This document shows, one piece after another, positions 28,060 through 37,521 of a stretch of 64,000 nucleotides of DNA. This DNA comes from Bryobacterales bacterium (lineage in GTDB: Bacteria; Acidobacteriota; Terriglobia; Bryobacterales; UBA6623): contig OZ242366.1 of the NCBI GenBank assembly GCA_965208945.1, positions 2,899,827-2,963,826 on the forward strand, given 5' to 3'. The notes beneath the pieces are model-generated. The model ran no database searches, was not told the DNA's origin, and saw only the letters and a program-made list of their open reading frames with translations. Within the stretch, counting starts at the first letter, position 1. Each line of letters opens with the position of its first letter. The translations under genes and the position numbers were made by a program.

Positions 28060-28234
28060 CCTGCCGTTCTCATCACCTGACGGTCGAAACACGCGGTAAT
28101 GACCGCCATCACTTCGTTGCGTATGCTTGCCGTGCTCGATGCAGGTTCAATTACACCTGCGCCCCCAGCGGCTCGCGGCTCGGCCTGACGGTCGTATCAC
28201 GTGCTTCGACCGTCGGGTGGTGAGAAATGCAGGC
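28059..28234 (-). repeat. PAL element copy A6 (inverted/chimeric: right-arm type sequence at both ends, degenerate apex)
   Basis: The left part matches the reverse complement of the consensus (ACCTGCCGTTCTCATCACCTGACGGTCGAAACACGCGG...). The right end is a normal right arm. Confidence 0.75.
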
Positions 28235-28806
28235 TAGTCACCCGAGCCAGGATCTGTCTTGACGGGAGCCTTGGGTTTGGCGGTGGCCCAGGTGTCGCGG
28301 ACGCGGGTGAAGCCATCGAAGAAAGAGGCCCGAAGGTCATGGGGGGCCAGGGAAGCCATCCAGTAGGCGCTGTTGAGAACGACCGGTGCGATCCGTGACT
28401 TGGCGATCGCTTCCTGGGAACCCGTCAGTGGTGAGAACGCTATGACCCCCAGCACGATGGCGGTCGCCAGGATCAGGCCGCGCAGCAGGCCGAATGCTCC
28501 TCCGAGCAGACGGTCGAACCATCGCAGCCCGGACCAGCGAAGGGCTGTCGCCAGCAGCCACGCGGTCATGCCGCCGGCGATCAGCGAGCCGATGACGATC
28601 GCGCCGAACGCCGCGAACGCCGCCAGTGATTCGTCCCCGATAAAAGGTTCGATATGGGGCGCGAGACCGGAGTACCACCACATGCCGCCGAAGATGCCGA
28701 TGAGCAGCGCGATGATGCGGATCACTTCACGGGTGATGCCGTTCCAGAGAGCGCTGGCGAACGAGAACAGCAGAATGACCGCAAGCAGTATGTCTAACCA
28801 GTTCAT
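28234..28806 (-). CDS. cvpA: CvpA-family membrane protein
   Basis: ATG 28806 gives MNWLDILLAVILLFSFASALWNGITREVIRIIALLIGIFGG. The stop CTA 28234-28236 spans the PAL A6 right boundary (last core base plus the TA flank). Confidence 0.8.
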   Translation of the reverse strand: MNWLDILLAVILLFSFASALWNGITREVIRIIALLIGIFGGMWWYSGLAPHIEPFIGDESLAAFAAFGAIVIGSLIAGGMTAWLLATALRWSGLRWFDRLLGGAFGLLRGLILATAIVLGVIAFSPLTGSQEAIAKSRIAPVVLNSAYWMASLAPHDLRASFFDGFTRVRDTWATAKPKAPVKTDPGSGD

Positions 28807-29083
28807 GGCTAGCTCCGAGGACGTTGGTCGCGCCGCTTGCGGGAGGCGCCGCGCAGGTGATACCCCAAGTATATCAACGGCGCCGGCAAGTCCCGGCTCC
28901 GTTCCCGTCGCGAGTATCTCTTCCGGAAGGATCGGACAAAGCCCAGCTACAAGAACACAGCCGGTGAACGCTGTTCGATATAATCCCGTTCCGAATGCGG
29001 TCAACGCCGGTACATGGAGGCATCTTCACTTCCGCTGCCGGGGTGAACCAGACCGGCTCAGGCGTGCATGGTCCGCATTGGTC

Positions 29084-29701
29084 GTGCTACCCGAACTGAC
29101 TCCTTCGTCGTCGAAAACAACCGGCGGATCCGAGAACCGCGCTTCCACTTCCGACCGGCGTCTGTTGGAACGGGCTCGGCGTGGCAGTCGGTCGGCGGTC
29201 AACGCGCTGTTCAACCGGCATGCATCCTGGCTCAGGAGATGGGCGCGAGGCCGTCTGCCGCAATGGGCGCGCGGCGCCGTGGACACCAGTGATCTGGTGC
29301 AGGATACGTTGCACCGTGCGTTCACCCGCCTCCCGTGGTTCCAGTCGAAACACGCCGGCGCGTTGCGGGCCTACCTGCGGCGCGCTCTGGAGAATCGCAT
29401 CCGTGACGAGTTGAGGCGTGCGGCGTGCCGTATGGAAAACGCCGCGCCGGACGAGCCGGTTCGGTCCATGCGCAAAGCTCCGCAGCTTCAGCAGCTCATG
29501 GACGACGAGACCTGGGGGCGCTACCTCCGGGGTCTGAAGCAACTGTCGGCCCGCGACAGGAGGCTGATTGTCGGTCGTGCGGAACTCGGGTACAACTACC
29601 GCCAACTCGCCTTCGTCGAAAGCCTCTCGAGTGCGGACGCGGCGCGCAAGGCGCTACAGCGTGCTTTGTCGCGGCTGATTGACGTCATGCCCGATGCATA
29701 A
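29084..29701 (+). CDS. ECF-type RNA polymerase sigma factor
   Basis: Region 2 DLVQDTLHRAF; region 4 LSARDRRLIVGRAELGYNYRQLAF...ARKALQRALSRL. The GTG 29084 start is a guess; the upstream part of the 442-aa track ORF is antisense to cvpA. Confidence 0.7.
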   Translation: MLPELTPSSSKTTGGSENRASTSDRRLLERARRGSRSAVNALFNRHASWLRRWARGRLPQWARGAVDTSDLVQDTLHRAFTRLPWFQSKHAGALRAYLRRALENRIRDELRRAACRMENAAPDEPVRSMRKAPQLQQLMDDETWGRYLRGLKQLSARDRRLIVGRAELGYNYRQLAFVESLSSADAARKALQRALSRLIDVMPDA

Positions 29702-32405
29702 AGACACTTTTGACGCCGTCGTTGTCGACGCGGTCGACGCCGTTGCATCGAGCCGGGAAGTGGATTGGGATCGCTGTGCGAGGCTCGCCACCCCGGCAGC
29801 GGGTCGTGCACTCGGCAACCTGCGCTCGGTCTCTGGGGCCTTTGCGGGCTCCCGCGGGGAGGAGTTGCAAGACGCGTCGAGGCTCCTGCCGTCGACCGGT
29901 GGCCATGCGTATGTTGGATCCTGGCTGCGCCGTGCCCTCCACGCGGTCATCGCCATAGCCGCCCTGGTAGTGCTGGCGGCGATGGTGATGCTGCCGGCTT
30001 CGTGGGCCGACTATCGGAGCCAACATGGCGATGTCGCGGTCTGGATGATGCTCTCGGTCGTCGGGCATAGCACGACTGCCTGCCTGCTCTTGTTCGCCGG
30101 CCGCGGCGAACGGCGTACGCGGCTTCTGGGGGTTTACTCTCTCCTCTCAGCTTCCCAGGTCACGGTTCACATGCTGCCCGCGTTTCTCATTGAGTTGCCG
30201 CCGCCGCACCTGTTCGAGGGCTACATCCTGAACATGCCTGCCCCGATGAGGCTCCTCTTCTGGTCGGGTGCGGGTCCTTTCCTGTTCGCGCCGGTGTTCC
30301 TGTGGGCGTTCGCCCGTGAGTGCCCTCAAGTGGCCCGTCGCGCTCGGCTCGACGACTTCGCGGGGCGGATGGTGCCGATCAACGTCGTATTGAGCTGTTC
30401 GAGCTTGGCGGCTTGCGTCCTGTCGCTGGAGTTGTCAAGGGCGGGCTACCTGGGGGCAGCGGTCTTCACGGTCTTCGATGCAGCCCTCGTTGCCATGAAT
30501 CTGTTGTCGCTGTCAGCGGTGGCGGTGGTTGCGCTGCGAGCACGCGGGGCGCCGGCCGATGAATCACGGCGCGTCCTGCTTTTTTGCGTAGGGTTCCTGA
30601 TGTACGGCGGATTGATGTCGGCGCACAATGTCGCCGAGGCTCTGTCGCCGGGGCTCTGGGTGACCAACTATCGGTGGACTCAGTTCTTCCTTCTGATCCA
30701 GTTGCTGCGTTTTCCCGGAGTGGTGATCCTTTGGTTTTCGGTGCTGGCGGTGCGTGTGCCCAGCCTGCGCGAAGTGGTACGGGCGGCCTACCGTCGGCTG
30801 CTGATACCCGGCCGCCTGCTCGTGGGAGTGGCCGCTGTACCGGTGCTGGCGCTGACTTGGCTGGTGACGAGTCGTCCTGAGCGGGTGGTGGGTGCGTTGA
30901 TCGCGGATCCGGTGGCGCAGTCGCTTTTTGCGGCCGCTGGGGTCCTGCTGCTGGCGGTCGTCTTCCGCGAGCGAATCCTGATTCGCCTGGAAACCTGGGT
31001 CTATCCGGAGACCGCGGGCCAACGGGAGGCCTTGGCCGCCGCTACGGCGGAGTTGGCGCAGGCGGAGAGCGTCGCCTGGGTCAGCCGGACGGTCGCGCGC
31101 ACGGTCAACCGCTGCTGCGGTTCTCCCGCGGTGCTGCTGGTCAAGTCCGACACCGAATCGCAGACAGGCGACTTCAACGCGCCGGATGCCAAGATCGCCT
31201 CGCTGCGGCGTGCTTCGGCCCTGGCCCACACGCTGGAGACGGCGGGAGGTTCACTGCGCGTCCACCCGACGGATCCGGCCTCGGTCTTCATGTTGCTCCC
31301 GCCGGACGAACAGGAGTGGGTTGTCGAGACGGCTGCGGACGCGGTGGTCGCGGTGGTCGGTCCCGGCGCGGAGATCATCGGATGTCTGGTGGTGGGCCGG
31401 CGCTTCGACGATCAGATGGTGAGATCCGACGACATCCCGTTCCTCGAAACCCTGGGAACGGCCGCGGGGCTTGCCATTGCGCGCCTGTGCCTGCTGCGCG
31501 CGCCGTCGACCCGCTTCCGCGATGCGCTGCCGGGGCGCGAGTGTCCCGTCTGTGGGTGCGTGACGGAGGCCGCTGGATCTCCCGGATGCGCCTGCGGGTC
31601 GGAGTACGTCGACACGGAGGTTCCGGGACTGTTGGCGGGCAAGTATCGGCTGATACGCCGCCTGGGAACCGGGGGCACGGGCGCCGTCTATCTGGCGCGC
31701 GAGATCCGGCTCGAGCGTGACGTGGCGATCAAGATCCTGGGGGAGGTGTCGGTCTCGCGCCTGATGGGATTGAAGCCCGAAGCATGGGCGATGGCGACGG
31801 TGACGCATCCCGGGCTGGCGCAGATCTACGGCATTGAGACTTTCAGGGGCCGCTCGTTCCTCGTCGTCGAGTTCCTTGCCGGCGGCGCCCTCGCGGATCA
31901 GCTCGTTCGCGGGCCGATCCCGGTGTCGCGGGCGGTCTCGATCGTCATTGTGCTGGCCGATGCCCTGGCGGCGCTGCACGAGAGTGGGTATCTGCACGGG
32001 GACGTCAAGCCGAGCAATATCGGGTTCACATCGAAGGGATCGCCCAAGCTGCTGGATTTCGGCTTGGCTCGGGAGACGGATGATGACTCCCTTGTCGGCG
32101 GCACGCTACGGTATCTGTCGCCCGAGGTGCTTTCCGGTCACGCCGCCCGGGAACCCGACGACATCTGGTCGCTCTGCGTGGTCTTGTATGAGATGGTGTC
32201 GGGTGAACATCCGTTTGCGGCCAACGGCAACGTTGAGGTGGCGGACCGCATAGTACGCCAGCGACTCGTTCGTCCAGCCGGGTCGTCGGAGCCTTCAAAG
32301 GTGATCTCATTCGCGGAATCGATGCTCACTGCGCCGAGGTCGGAGCGCCCGGCGAGTGCGCTCGCGTTCGCGGCCGCTCTTCATCAAGCTCTCGGCAGAG
32401 AGTAG
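29694..32405 (+). CDS. Membrane sensor Ser/Thr protein kinase (multi-TM N-terminus, GAF-like region, Cys4 ribbon, C-terminal kinase)
   Basis: At least 8 hydrophobic segments. CPVCGCVTEAAGSPGCAC. Kinase motifs LGTGGTGAVYLA, VAIKIL, LHGDVKPSN (HGD, non-RD), DFG, SPE. The ATG overlaps the sigma factor stop (ATGCATAA). Confidence 0.8.
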   Translation: MHKDTFDAVVVDAVDAVASSREVDWDRCARLATPAAGRALGNLRSVSGAFAGSRGEELQDASRLLPSTGGHAYVGSWLRRALHAVIAIAALVVLAAMVMLPASWADYRSQHGDVAVWMMLSVVGHSTTACLLLFAGRGERRTRLLGVYSLLSASQVTVHMLPAFLIELPPPHLFEGYILNMPAPMRLLFWSGAGPFLFAPVFLWAFARECPQVARRARLDDFAGRMVPINVVLSCSSLAACVLSLELSRAGYLGAAVFTVFDAALVAMNLLSLSAVAVVALRARGAPADESRRVLLFCVGFLMYGGLMSAHNVAEALSPGLWVTNYRWTQFFLLIQLLRFPGVVILWFSVLAVRVPSLREVVRAAYRRLLIPGRLLVGVAAVPVLALTWLVTSRPERVVGALIADPVAQSLFAAAGVLLLAVVFRERILIRLETWVYPETAGQREALAAATAELAQAESVAWVSRTVARTVNRCCGSPAVLLVKSDTESQTGDFNAPDAKIASLRRASALAHTLETAGGSLRVHPTDPASVFMLLPPDEQEWVVETAADAVVAVVGPGAEIIGCLVVGRRFDDQMVRSDDIPFLETLGTAAGLAIARLCLLRAPSTRFRDALPGRECPVCGCVTEAAGSPGCACGSEYVDTEVPGLLAGKYRLIRRLGTGGTGAVYLAREIRLERDVAIKILGEVSVSRLMGLKPEAWAMATVTHPGLAQIYGIETFRGRSFLVVEFLAGGALADQLVRGPIPVSRAVSIVIVLADALAALHESGYLHGDVKPSNIGFTSKGSPKLLDFGLARETDDDSLVGGTLRYLSPEVLSGHAAREPDDIWSLCVVLYEMVSGEHPFAANGNVEVADRIVRQRLVRPAGSSEPSKVISFAESMLTAPRSERPASALAFAAALHQALGRE

Positions 32406-32481
32406 ATCACACTTTTTTCAATCGGCCTGTCCGGTTTCCGTTTCTTGTACGTCATTAGTAATTGATGGTGCATTTTCGCTA

Positions 32482-32684
32482 GCCTGCATTTCTCACCACG
32501 TGGCGAGGCGAAGTGCGTGAGAGGGCCGTCAGGACTAGGCGCAAGCCGGGTGGAGGAAAAAGGCGCGAGCCGCTTGGCGCGCGCAGGCGTACTTGAACCG
32601 TACGTTGAGCACGGCAAGCAAGCGCAACGAAGTCCTGGTGCTCGTATCGTGTGCTTCGACCGTCGGGTGGTGAGAAATGCAGGC
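32482..32684 (+). repeat. PAL element copy A7 (long form)
   Basis: Consensus termini, TA on both flanks, apex variant GTACTTGAACCGTAC. Confidence 0.85.
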
Positions 32685-32766
32685 TAACTACTGGCGGTCA
32701 CACCTTCCAACGCTTGCCGCTTGGACGCGGACAGTCTATAAGATCATCGGAACGAGAGATTCGGAT

Positions 32767-35700
32767 ATGAACCATTCCACAGGCAGGATGAGTCGCATGG
32801 CGTCTATTGCGTTGCGCGGCTCGGGGATTTTGTTCCTCCTGGCGCTTGCTCTGCTGCCGCGAGCGGCTCAGGGCCAACGGATCGGGCCGCTGGTTCGGGA
32901 CAACCAACAGCAGTTGAAGGCATCCTCGGCCGAGCGCGAGGATGCGCTCCGGCCGCCCAGCCTGCAACTGAGCCTCCCGTCACCGGCCGAGGTCGCTCTC
33001 CCGCCGTTGGGTCCCGACGATTTGCAGCGTTTGCAGCCGCAACGCGGCCGGCCCCCTGTCATCGGCGTGCACCGCCGCTTGCCGCAGGGGGCGCTCGAGC
33101 TGAGCTTCTCCACAGGAGGCGTCAAGTCGACCGCCGAGGGAGCGTGGCAGTCGACCGGGGACGGACGCCTGTGGCGCCTGAAGTTGACCTCTCCCAGCGC
33201 CCGCGCCATGCGCGTTCACTTTCGGGACTTCGCCATCGGGTCGGGAAGCCTTTGGCTCCACTCCGAGGACGGGCAGACCGTCGGACCCTATAGCGGCTCG
33301 GGCCTCTACGGCGACGGAGACTTCTGGAGCGGCATCGTTTTCGGCGACAGCCTGACGATCGAGTACCTGCCCGATCCGGCGGCGTCGGGGGAGGCCGTGC
33401 CGTTCCGGATCGTGGCCATCAGCCATATCTGGGGAGATGTTTTGAAAGACGGCGCGGAGGACAGCGTCCAATGGCCGAAGGCGGCCCGGGAGGGCTCGGA
33501 CCCATCGGGAGCGTCCAAGCTGTCGCCCGGCTCCATCGACCTTGCGGTGGGAACGCCGTCGAAGAAGGCGCGGCTTGCAGAGGCAATCCAGTCGGTCAAG
33601 CGGTCTGCTTCCCTGCAACAGCCGCGCCCGAAGGCGGCAAGGCCGCTCACGCCCGGACGGCCTGTCACCTTCAGCCGGGGGCCGGTTGACTCCCCGACGC
33701 TGTTCCACGGGGATTTTTCATATCAGTTGGAAGTTCCCGAGGACGCCACCCGCGTAACCTTCACGCTGAAGTCCGATGCCGACGTGGCCCTGCTGGTCCG
33801 CTATGGCGAGGACAACGAACTCCAGGATGGGAGGGCTGTCTTCGACTACGCCGCCGACGAGGTCTTTGCGGGCACCGAGGAGATTGAAATTGACCCCCAA
33901 TCCGACCCGCCGCTTCGAGCCGGAACCTACTTTGTATCGGTCGTAGTCTTTGCTACCGGCGTCGAGGTCAACTGCACGCTCACGGCGGAAGTGGAGCGCG
34001 AAGGAGGAACTCCGCCGCCGCCAAGCGGCAACACGCTCACGCCTGGGCAGCCAGTCACCTTCCAACGGGGACCGGTTGACTCCCCGAGGCTGTTCCCCGG
34101 GGATGACTCGTTCCGGCTGGACGTTCCCGAGGATGCCGCCCGCGTAATCTTCACGCTGGAATCTGCCGACCCCGGTGTCGATGTGGATCTGTATGTCCGC
34201 TTTGGCGAGGACAACGAAGTCCGAGATAGAAGGGTTGTCTCCGACTATGCCTCCGAGGGCCCCACGGGCAATGAACGGATCGCCATTACCCGGCGCTCCG
34301 ACCCGCCGCTTCGAGCCGGAACCTATTTCGTCTCGATAGCTCTCTTTGATACGGGCGTCGTCGCCAACTGCACGCTCACGGCGGAAGTGGAACTCGAGGG
34401 AGAGGCTCTGCCGACGATCAGCGGCGGCACCCTCACGCCCGGACAGCCCGCCGACTTCCGCCTGGGGCCGGTCGACTCCCCGACGCTCTTCGCCAGGGAT
34501 CACTCGTTTCGGTTTGAGGCCCCCGAGACCGCTTCCCGCATCGTCTTCACGCTGGAATCCGTCGACCCCAACGTCGATGTGGATCTGTATGTCCGTTTCG
34601 GCGAGGACAACAACGTTCAGGATGGGAAGCCTGTCTCTGACCACTTCTCCAGGGGCTTCACGGGCAATGAACGGATCGGTATCACCCGCCGCTCCGACCC
34701 GCCGCTTCGAGCCGGAACCTACTTCGTGTCGATATTGGTCTTGGATGAGGGCGTCGTCGCCGATGGCACGCTCACGGCGACCGTGGAGACCGACGCGGAG
34801 GATTGTCACCTTGACGTGACCTGCTACCCGGAATGGTCGAGTTCCGCAACGGGCGTCGCTCTGATTGTCATTGAGACGAATGGGAGCAGCGCTGCCTGTT
34901 CGGGCACCCTGCTGAACAACCGCCGGCAGGACCTGACTCCCTACTTTCTGACCGCCGCCCACTGCGTGCAAAGCGAGGAGGAAGCGCGCAGCGTGACCGC
35001 CATCTGGTCATACCAGACGCGAACCTGCAACGGAGACCTTCCGGATTTGCGGAGCGTGCCGCGGACCGAGGGAGCGGGCCTGCTCTCGGCCTTGGGAGGC
35101 GCAGGTCATCCCGACGGCGATATCACGCTTCTGCAGCTCGCAGGCGATTTGCCGACTGGGACCGTATTCCAGGGATGGGACGCGGCCCCCCAACCGGTAG
35201 GCTCCCGGATCACCGGCATTCATCATCCCGCGAGCGCTGATTGGGGCCGATTCAAGCGGATTTCCTTCGGTCAGATCATCCCCGAATCGGACTTTATAAC
35301 TTCCGACGATACCTACTTCAACGTCTCTTATCCCGTGGGACAAGGCTTCACGGAGCCGGGTTCTTCCGGATCCGCCCTGTTCAGCAACTCTGAAACCGTG
35401 GTGGGGGCGTTGAGCGGCGGAGACATTGTCGGGTACGCCTGCCCGACCGAGCCCGTTGTTGACTACTTCACGCACTTTTCGGCTTTTTATCCCCATATCC
35501 GGTCCTTCATCGACAACATGCTTTCGCCCAGGCAGCCCGTTGCCTTCCGCCTGGGACCGGTTGACTCCCCGATGCTGTTCTCCGGGGATGCTTCCTTCCA
35601 GGTCGAGGTTCCCGAGAACACCGCCCGCGTAACCTTCACTCTGGAATCCGTCGATCCCGATGTCAACGTGGATCTGTATGTCCGCCATGGGCAGGACAAC

Positions 35701-37521
35701 GCCGTTCAGGGCGGGAGCGTCGTCTCGGACTATTCCTCCACCGGACCCACGGGTAACGAGCAGATCGTCGTCACCCCGCAGTCCGCCCCGCCGCTTCGAG
35801 CCGGGACCTGGTACGTCTCGCTGATGCTCCGCACTACGGGCGCCGTGGCCGAGGTCACGCTCTCGGCCGAGTTCGACGCCACCGCCCCCCCGCCGGCGGG
35901 AGATCGGGTCTATTACTTCCCGCATCTTGCGGTGGGAGCGGGTTGGCAAACCACGCTCACCTATATCAACTACTCCTCCGAGGAGGTGAGCTGCCGGACC
36001 GACTTCCTTTCTGATCAGGGGACCCCGCTGACGGTCTCGTTTCCGTCACTGGGACCGGACACCAGCCGGAGCGACATGCTGCCGCCCGGAGGGTCGGTTC
36101 ACGAGGAGACCGATGTGGGATTGAGCGCTCGGCTGGCGGGCGGCTGGGCGCGGGCTGCGTGCACGGGGCCGGTGAAGGCCAGCCTGCTGTTTCGCCAGTA
36201 CGACAGCGCAGGCGTGCCGCTGGCGGAAGCGGGAGTCAACGCGGCGGCCGCTGCGGCCAGCCGCTTCATCACCTTTGCCGAACGGGCGGCAGGACAGGCG
36301 GGAACCGGAGTCGCCTACGCCAACCCTTCCGATACGGCGGCCGTGGTCACCTTTACGGCCAAGGACGAGGCGGGGCGGACGCTGGACAGCGTCGATCAGA
36401 CCCTGATGCCCGGAGGGCATGGCGCGCAAAACATGGCGGGCCTGTTCAGTTTCCCCAGCTTTACCGGATCGCTGGAAATCACCTCCAGCGAGCCCATCGT
36501 CACCCTGTCGATCAATGCCGAAGCCGCGCCCATATTCTCCTCCCTGCCTCCGGGGGAACTGGATCTTTCTGTGCAGGGGCCGACGACGTACTACTTCCCC
36601 CATCTTGCGGTGGGGGCGAGTTGGCAGACCACGCTCACCTATATCAACTACTCCCCGCAGGAGGTGACCTGCCGGACCGACTTCTTTTCCGGTCAGGGGA
36701 CTCCGTTGAGGGTCTCGTTTCCGTCACTCGGACCGGATGCCAGCCGCAGCGACATGCTGCCGCCCGGCGGGTCGGTTCACGAGGAAACCGACGTGGGGTT
36801 GAGCGCTGCGCTCGTATCCGGCTGGGCGCGGGCCGACTGCACGGGGCCGGTGAAGGCCAGTCTGCTGTTTCGGCAGTACGACAGCGCAGGCGTGCCCACG
36901 GGAGAAGCGGGGGTCAATGCGGCAGCCGCTCCGGCCACCCGCTTCGTGACCTTTGCCGAAAAACGAGAAGGGCAGCCGGGGACCGCAGTTGCCTATGCCA
37001 ACCCCTCCGGCACGTCGACAGCCGTGGTCACCTTTACGGCCAAGGACGTGGCGGGGCGGACACTGGACAGCGTCGACCGGACCCTGATGCCCAGAGGGCA
37101 TGGCGCGCAAAACATGGCGGGCCTGTTCAGTCTCACCAGCTTTACGGGATCGCTCGAAATCACCTCCACCGAGCCCATCGTCAGCCTGTCGCTCAATGCC
37201 GAAGCCGCTCCCGTTTTCTCCTCCTTGCCCCCGGGGGAAATCGTCGATCCCGCCGATATTCCGGGCGGCCGTAACAACTTTACGGTTGGTGACGTACTTC
37301 CAGGTGTCCCCGCCGGCGCCCGGTTATTTCCTATTTCCGGCTGGGCGACGGAGTGGTCTGGCGTGACTTTCAGCGGTACCGTGGATCGTTCAACCACATA
37401 TTTGACCTTCGTTGACGGCGGATACATCCAGCTACGGAATGGCCCCAGATATACCTGCCGAGCCACAGGTGGCTGTAGGGTCGGGGAATGGAGTCATCAG
37501 TCGGGGCACTTTCGTAGGTAG
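32767..37521 (+). CDS. Giant secreted S1 (trypsin-fold) protease with PPC-like repeats and two C-terminal YYFPHLAVG domains
   Basis: Signal peptide. Three tandem ~135-aa repeats (LTPG.PV.F.RGPVDSP.LF ... DVDLYVRFGEDN ... PPLRAGTYFVS). S1 triad context TAAHCV / DITLL / GSSGS. A fourth repeat. Two ~217-aa domains starting YYFPHLAVG. Confidence 0.8.
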   Translation: MNHSTGRMSRMASIALRGSGILFLLALALLPRAAQGQRIGPLVRDNQQQLKASSAEREDALRPPSLQLSLPSPAEVALPPLGPDDLQRLQPQRGRPPVIGVHRRLPQGALELSFSTGGVKSTAEGAWQSTGDGRLWRLKLTSPSARAMRVHFRDFAIGSGSLWLHSEDGQTVGPYSGSGLYGDGDFWSGIVFGDSLTIEYLPDPAASGEAVPFRIVAISHIWGDVLKDGAEDSVQWPKAAREGSDPSGASKLSPGSIDLAVGTPSKKARLAEAIQSVKRSASLQQPRPKAARPLTPGRPVTFSRGPVDSPTLFHGDFSYQLEVPEDATRVTFTLKSDADVALLVRYGEDNELQDGRAVFDYAADEVFAGTEEIEIDPQSDPPLRAGTYFVSVVVFATGVEVNCTLTAEVEREGGTPPPPSGNTLTPGQPVTFQRGPVDSPRLFPGDDSFRLDVPEDAARVIFTLESADPGVDVDLYVRFGEDNEVRDRRVVSDYASEGPTGNERIAITRRSDPPLRAGTYFVSIALFDTGVVANCTLTAEVELEGEALPTISGGTLTPGQPADFRLGPVDSPTLFARDHSFRFEAPETASRIVFTLESVDPNVDVDLYVRFGEDNNVQDGKPVSDHFSRGFTGNERIGITRRSDPPLRAGTYFVSILVLDEGVVADGTLTATVETDAEDCHLDVTCYPEWSSSATGVALIVIETNGSSAACSGTLLNNRRQDLTPYFLTAAHCVQSEEEARSVTAIWSYQTRTCNGDLPDLRSVPRTEGAGLLSALGGAGHPDGDITLLQLAGDLPTGTVFQGWDAAPQPVGSRITGIHHPASADWGRFKRISFGQIIPESDFITSDDTYFNVSYPVGQGFTEPGSSGSALFSNSETVVGALSGGDIVGYACPTEPVVDYFTHFSAFYPHIRSFIDNMLSPRQPVAFRLGPVDSPMLFSGDASFQVEVPENTARVTFTLESVDPDVNVDLYVRHGQDNAVQGGSVVSDYSSTGPTGNEQIVVTPQSAPPLRAGTWYVSLMLRTTGAVAEVTLSAEFDATAPPPAGDRVYYFPHLAVGAGWQTTLTYINYSSEEVSCRTDFLSDQGTPLTVSFPSLGPDTSRSDMLPPGGSVHEETDVGLSARLAGGWARAACTGPVKASLLFRQYDSAGVPLAEAGVNAAAAAASRFITFAERAAGQAGTGVAYANPSDTAAVVTFTAKDEAGRTLDSVDQTLMPGGHGAQNMAGLFSFPSFTGSLEITSSEPIVTLSINAEAAPIFSSLPPGELDLSVQGPTTYYFPHLAVGASWQTTLTYINYSPQEVTCRTDFFSGQGTPLRVSFPSLGPDASRSDMLPPGGSVHEETDVGLSAALVSGWARADCTGPVKASLLFRQYDSAGVPTGEAGVNAAAAPATRFVTFAEKREGQPGTAVAYANPSGTSTAVVTFTAKDVAGRTLDSVDRTLMPRGHGAQNMAGLFSLTSFTGSLEITSTEPIVSLSLNAEAAPVFSSLPPGEIVDPADIPGGRNNFTVGDVLPGVPAGARLFPISGWATEWSGVTFSGTVDRSTTYLTFVDGGYIQLRNGPRYTCRATGGCRVGEWSHQSGHFRR

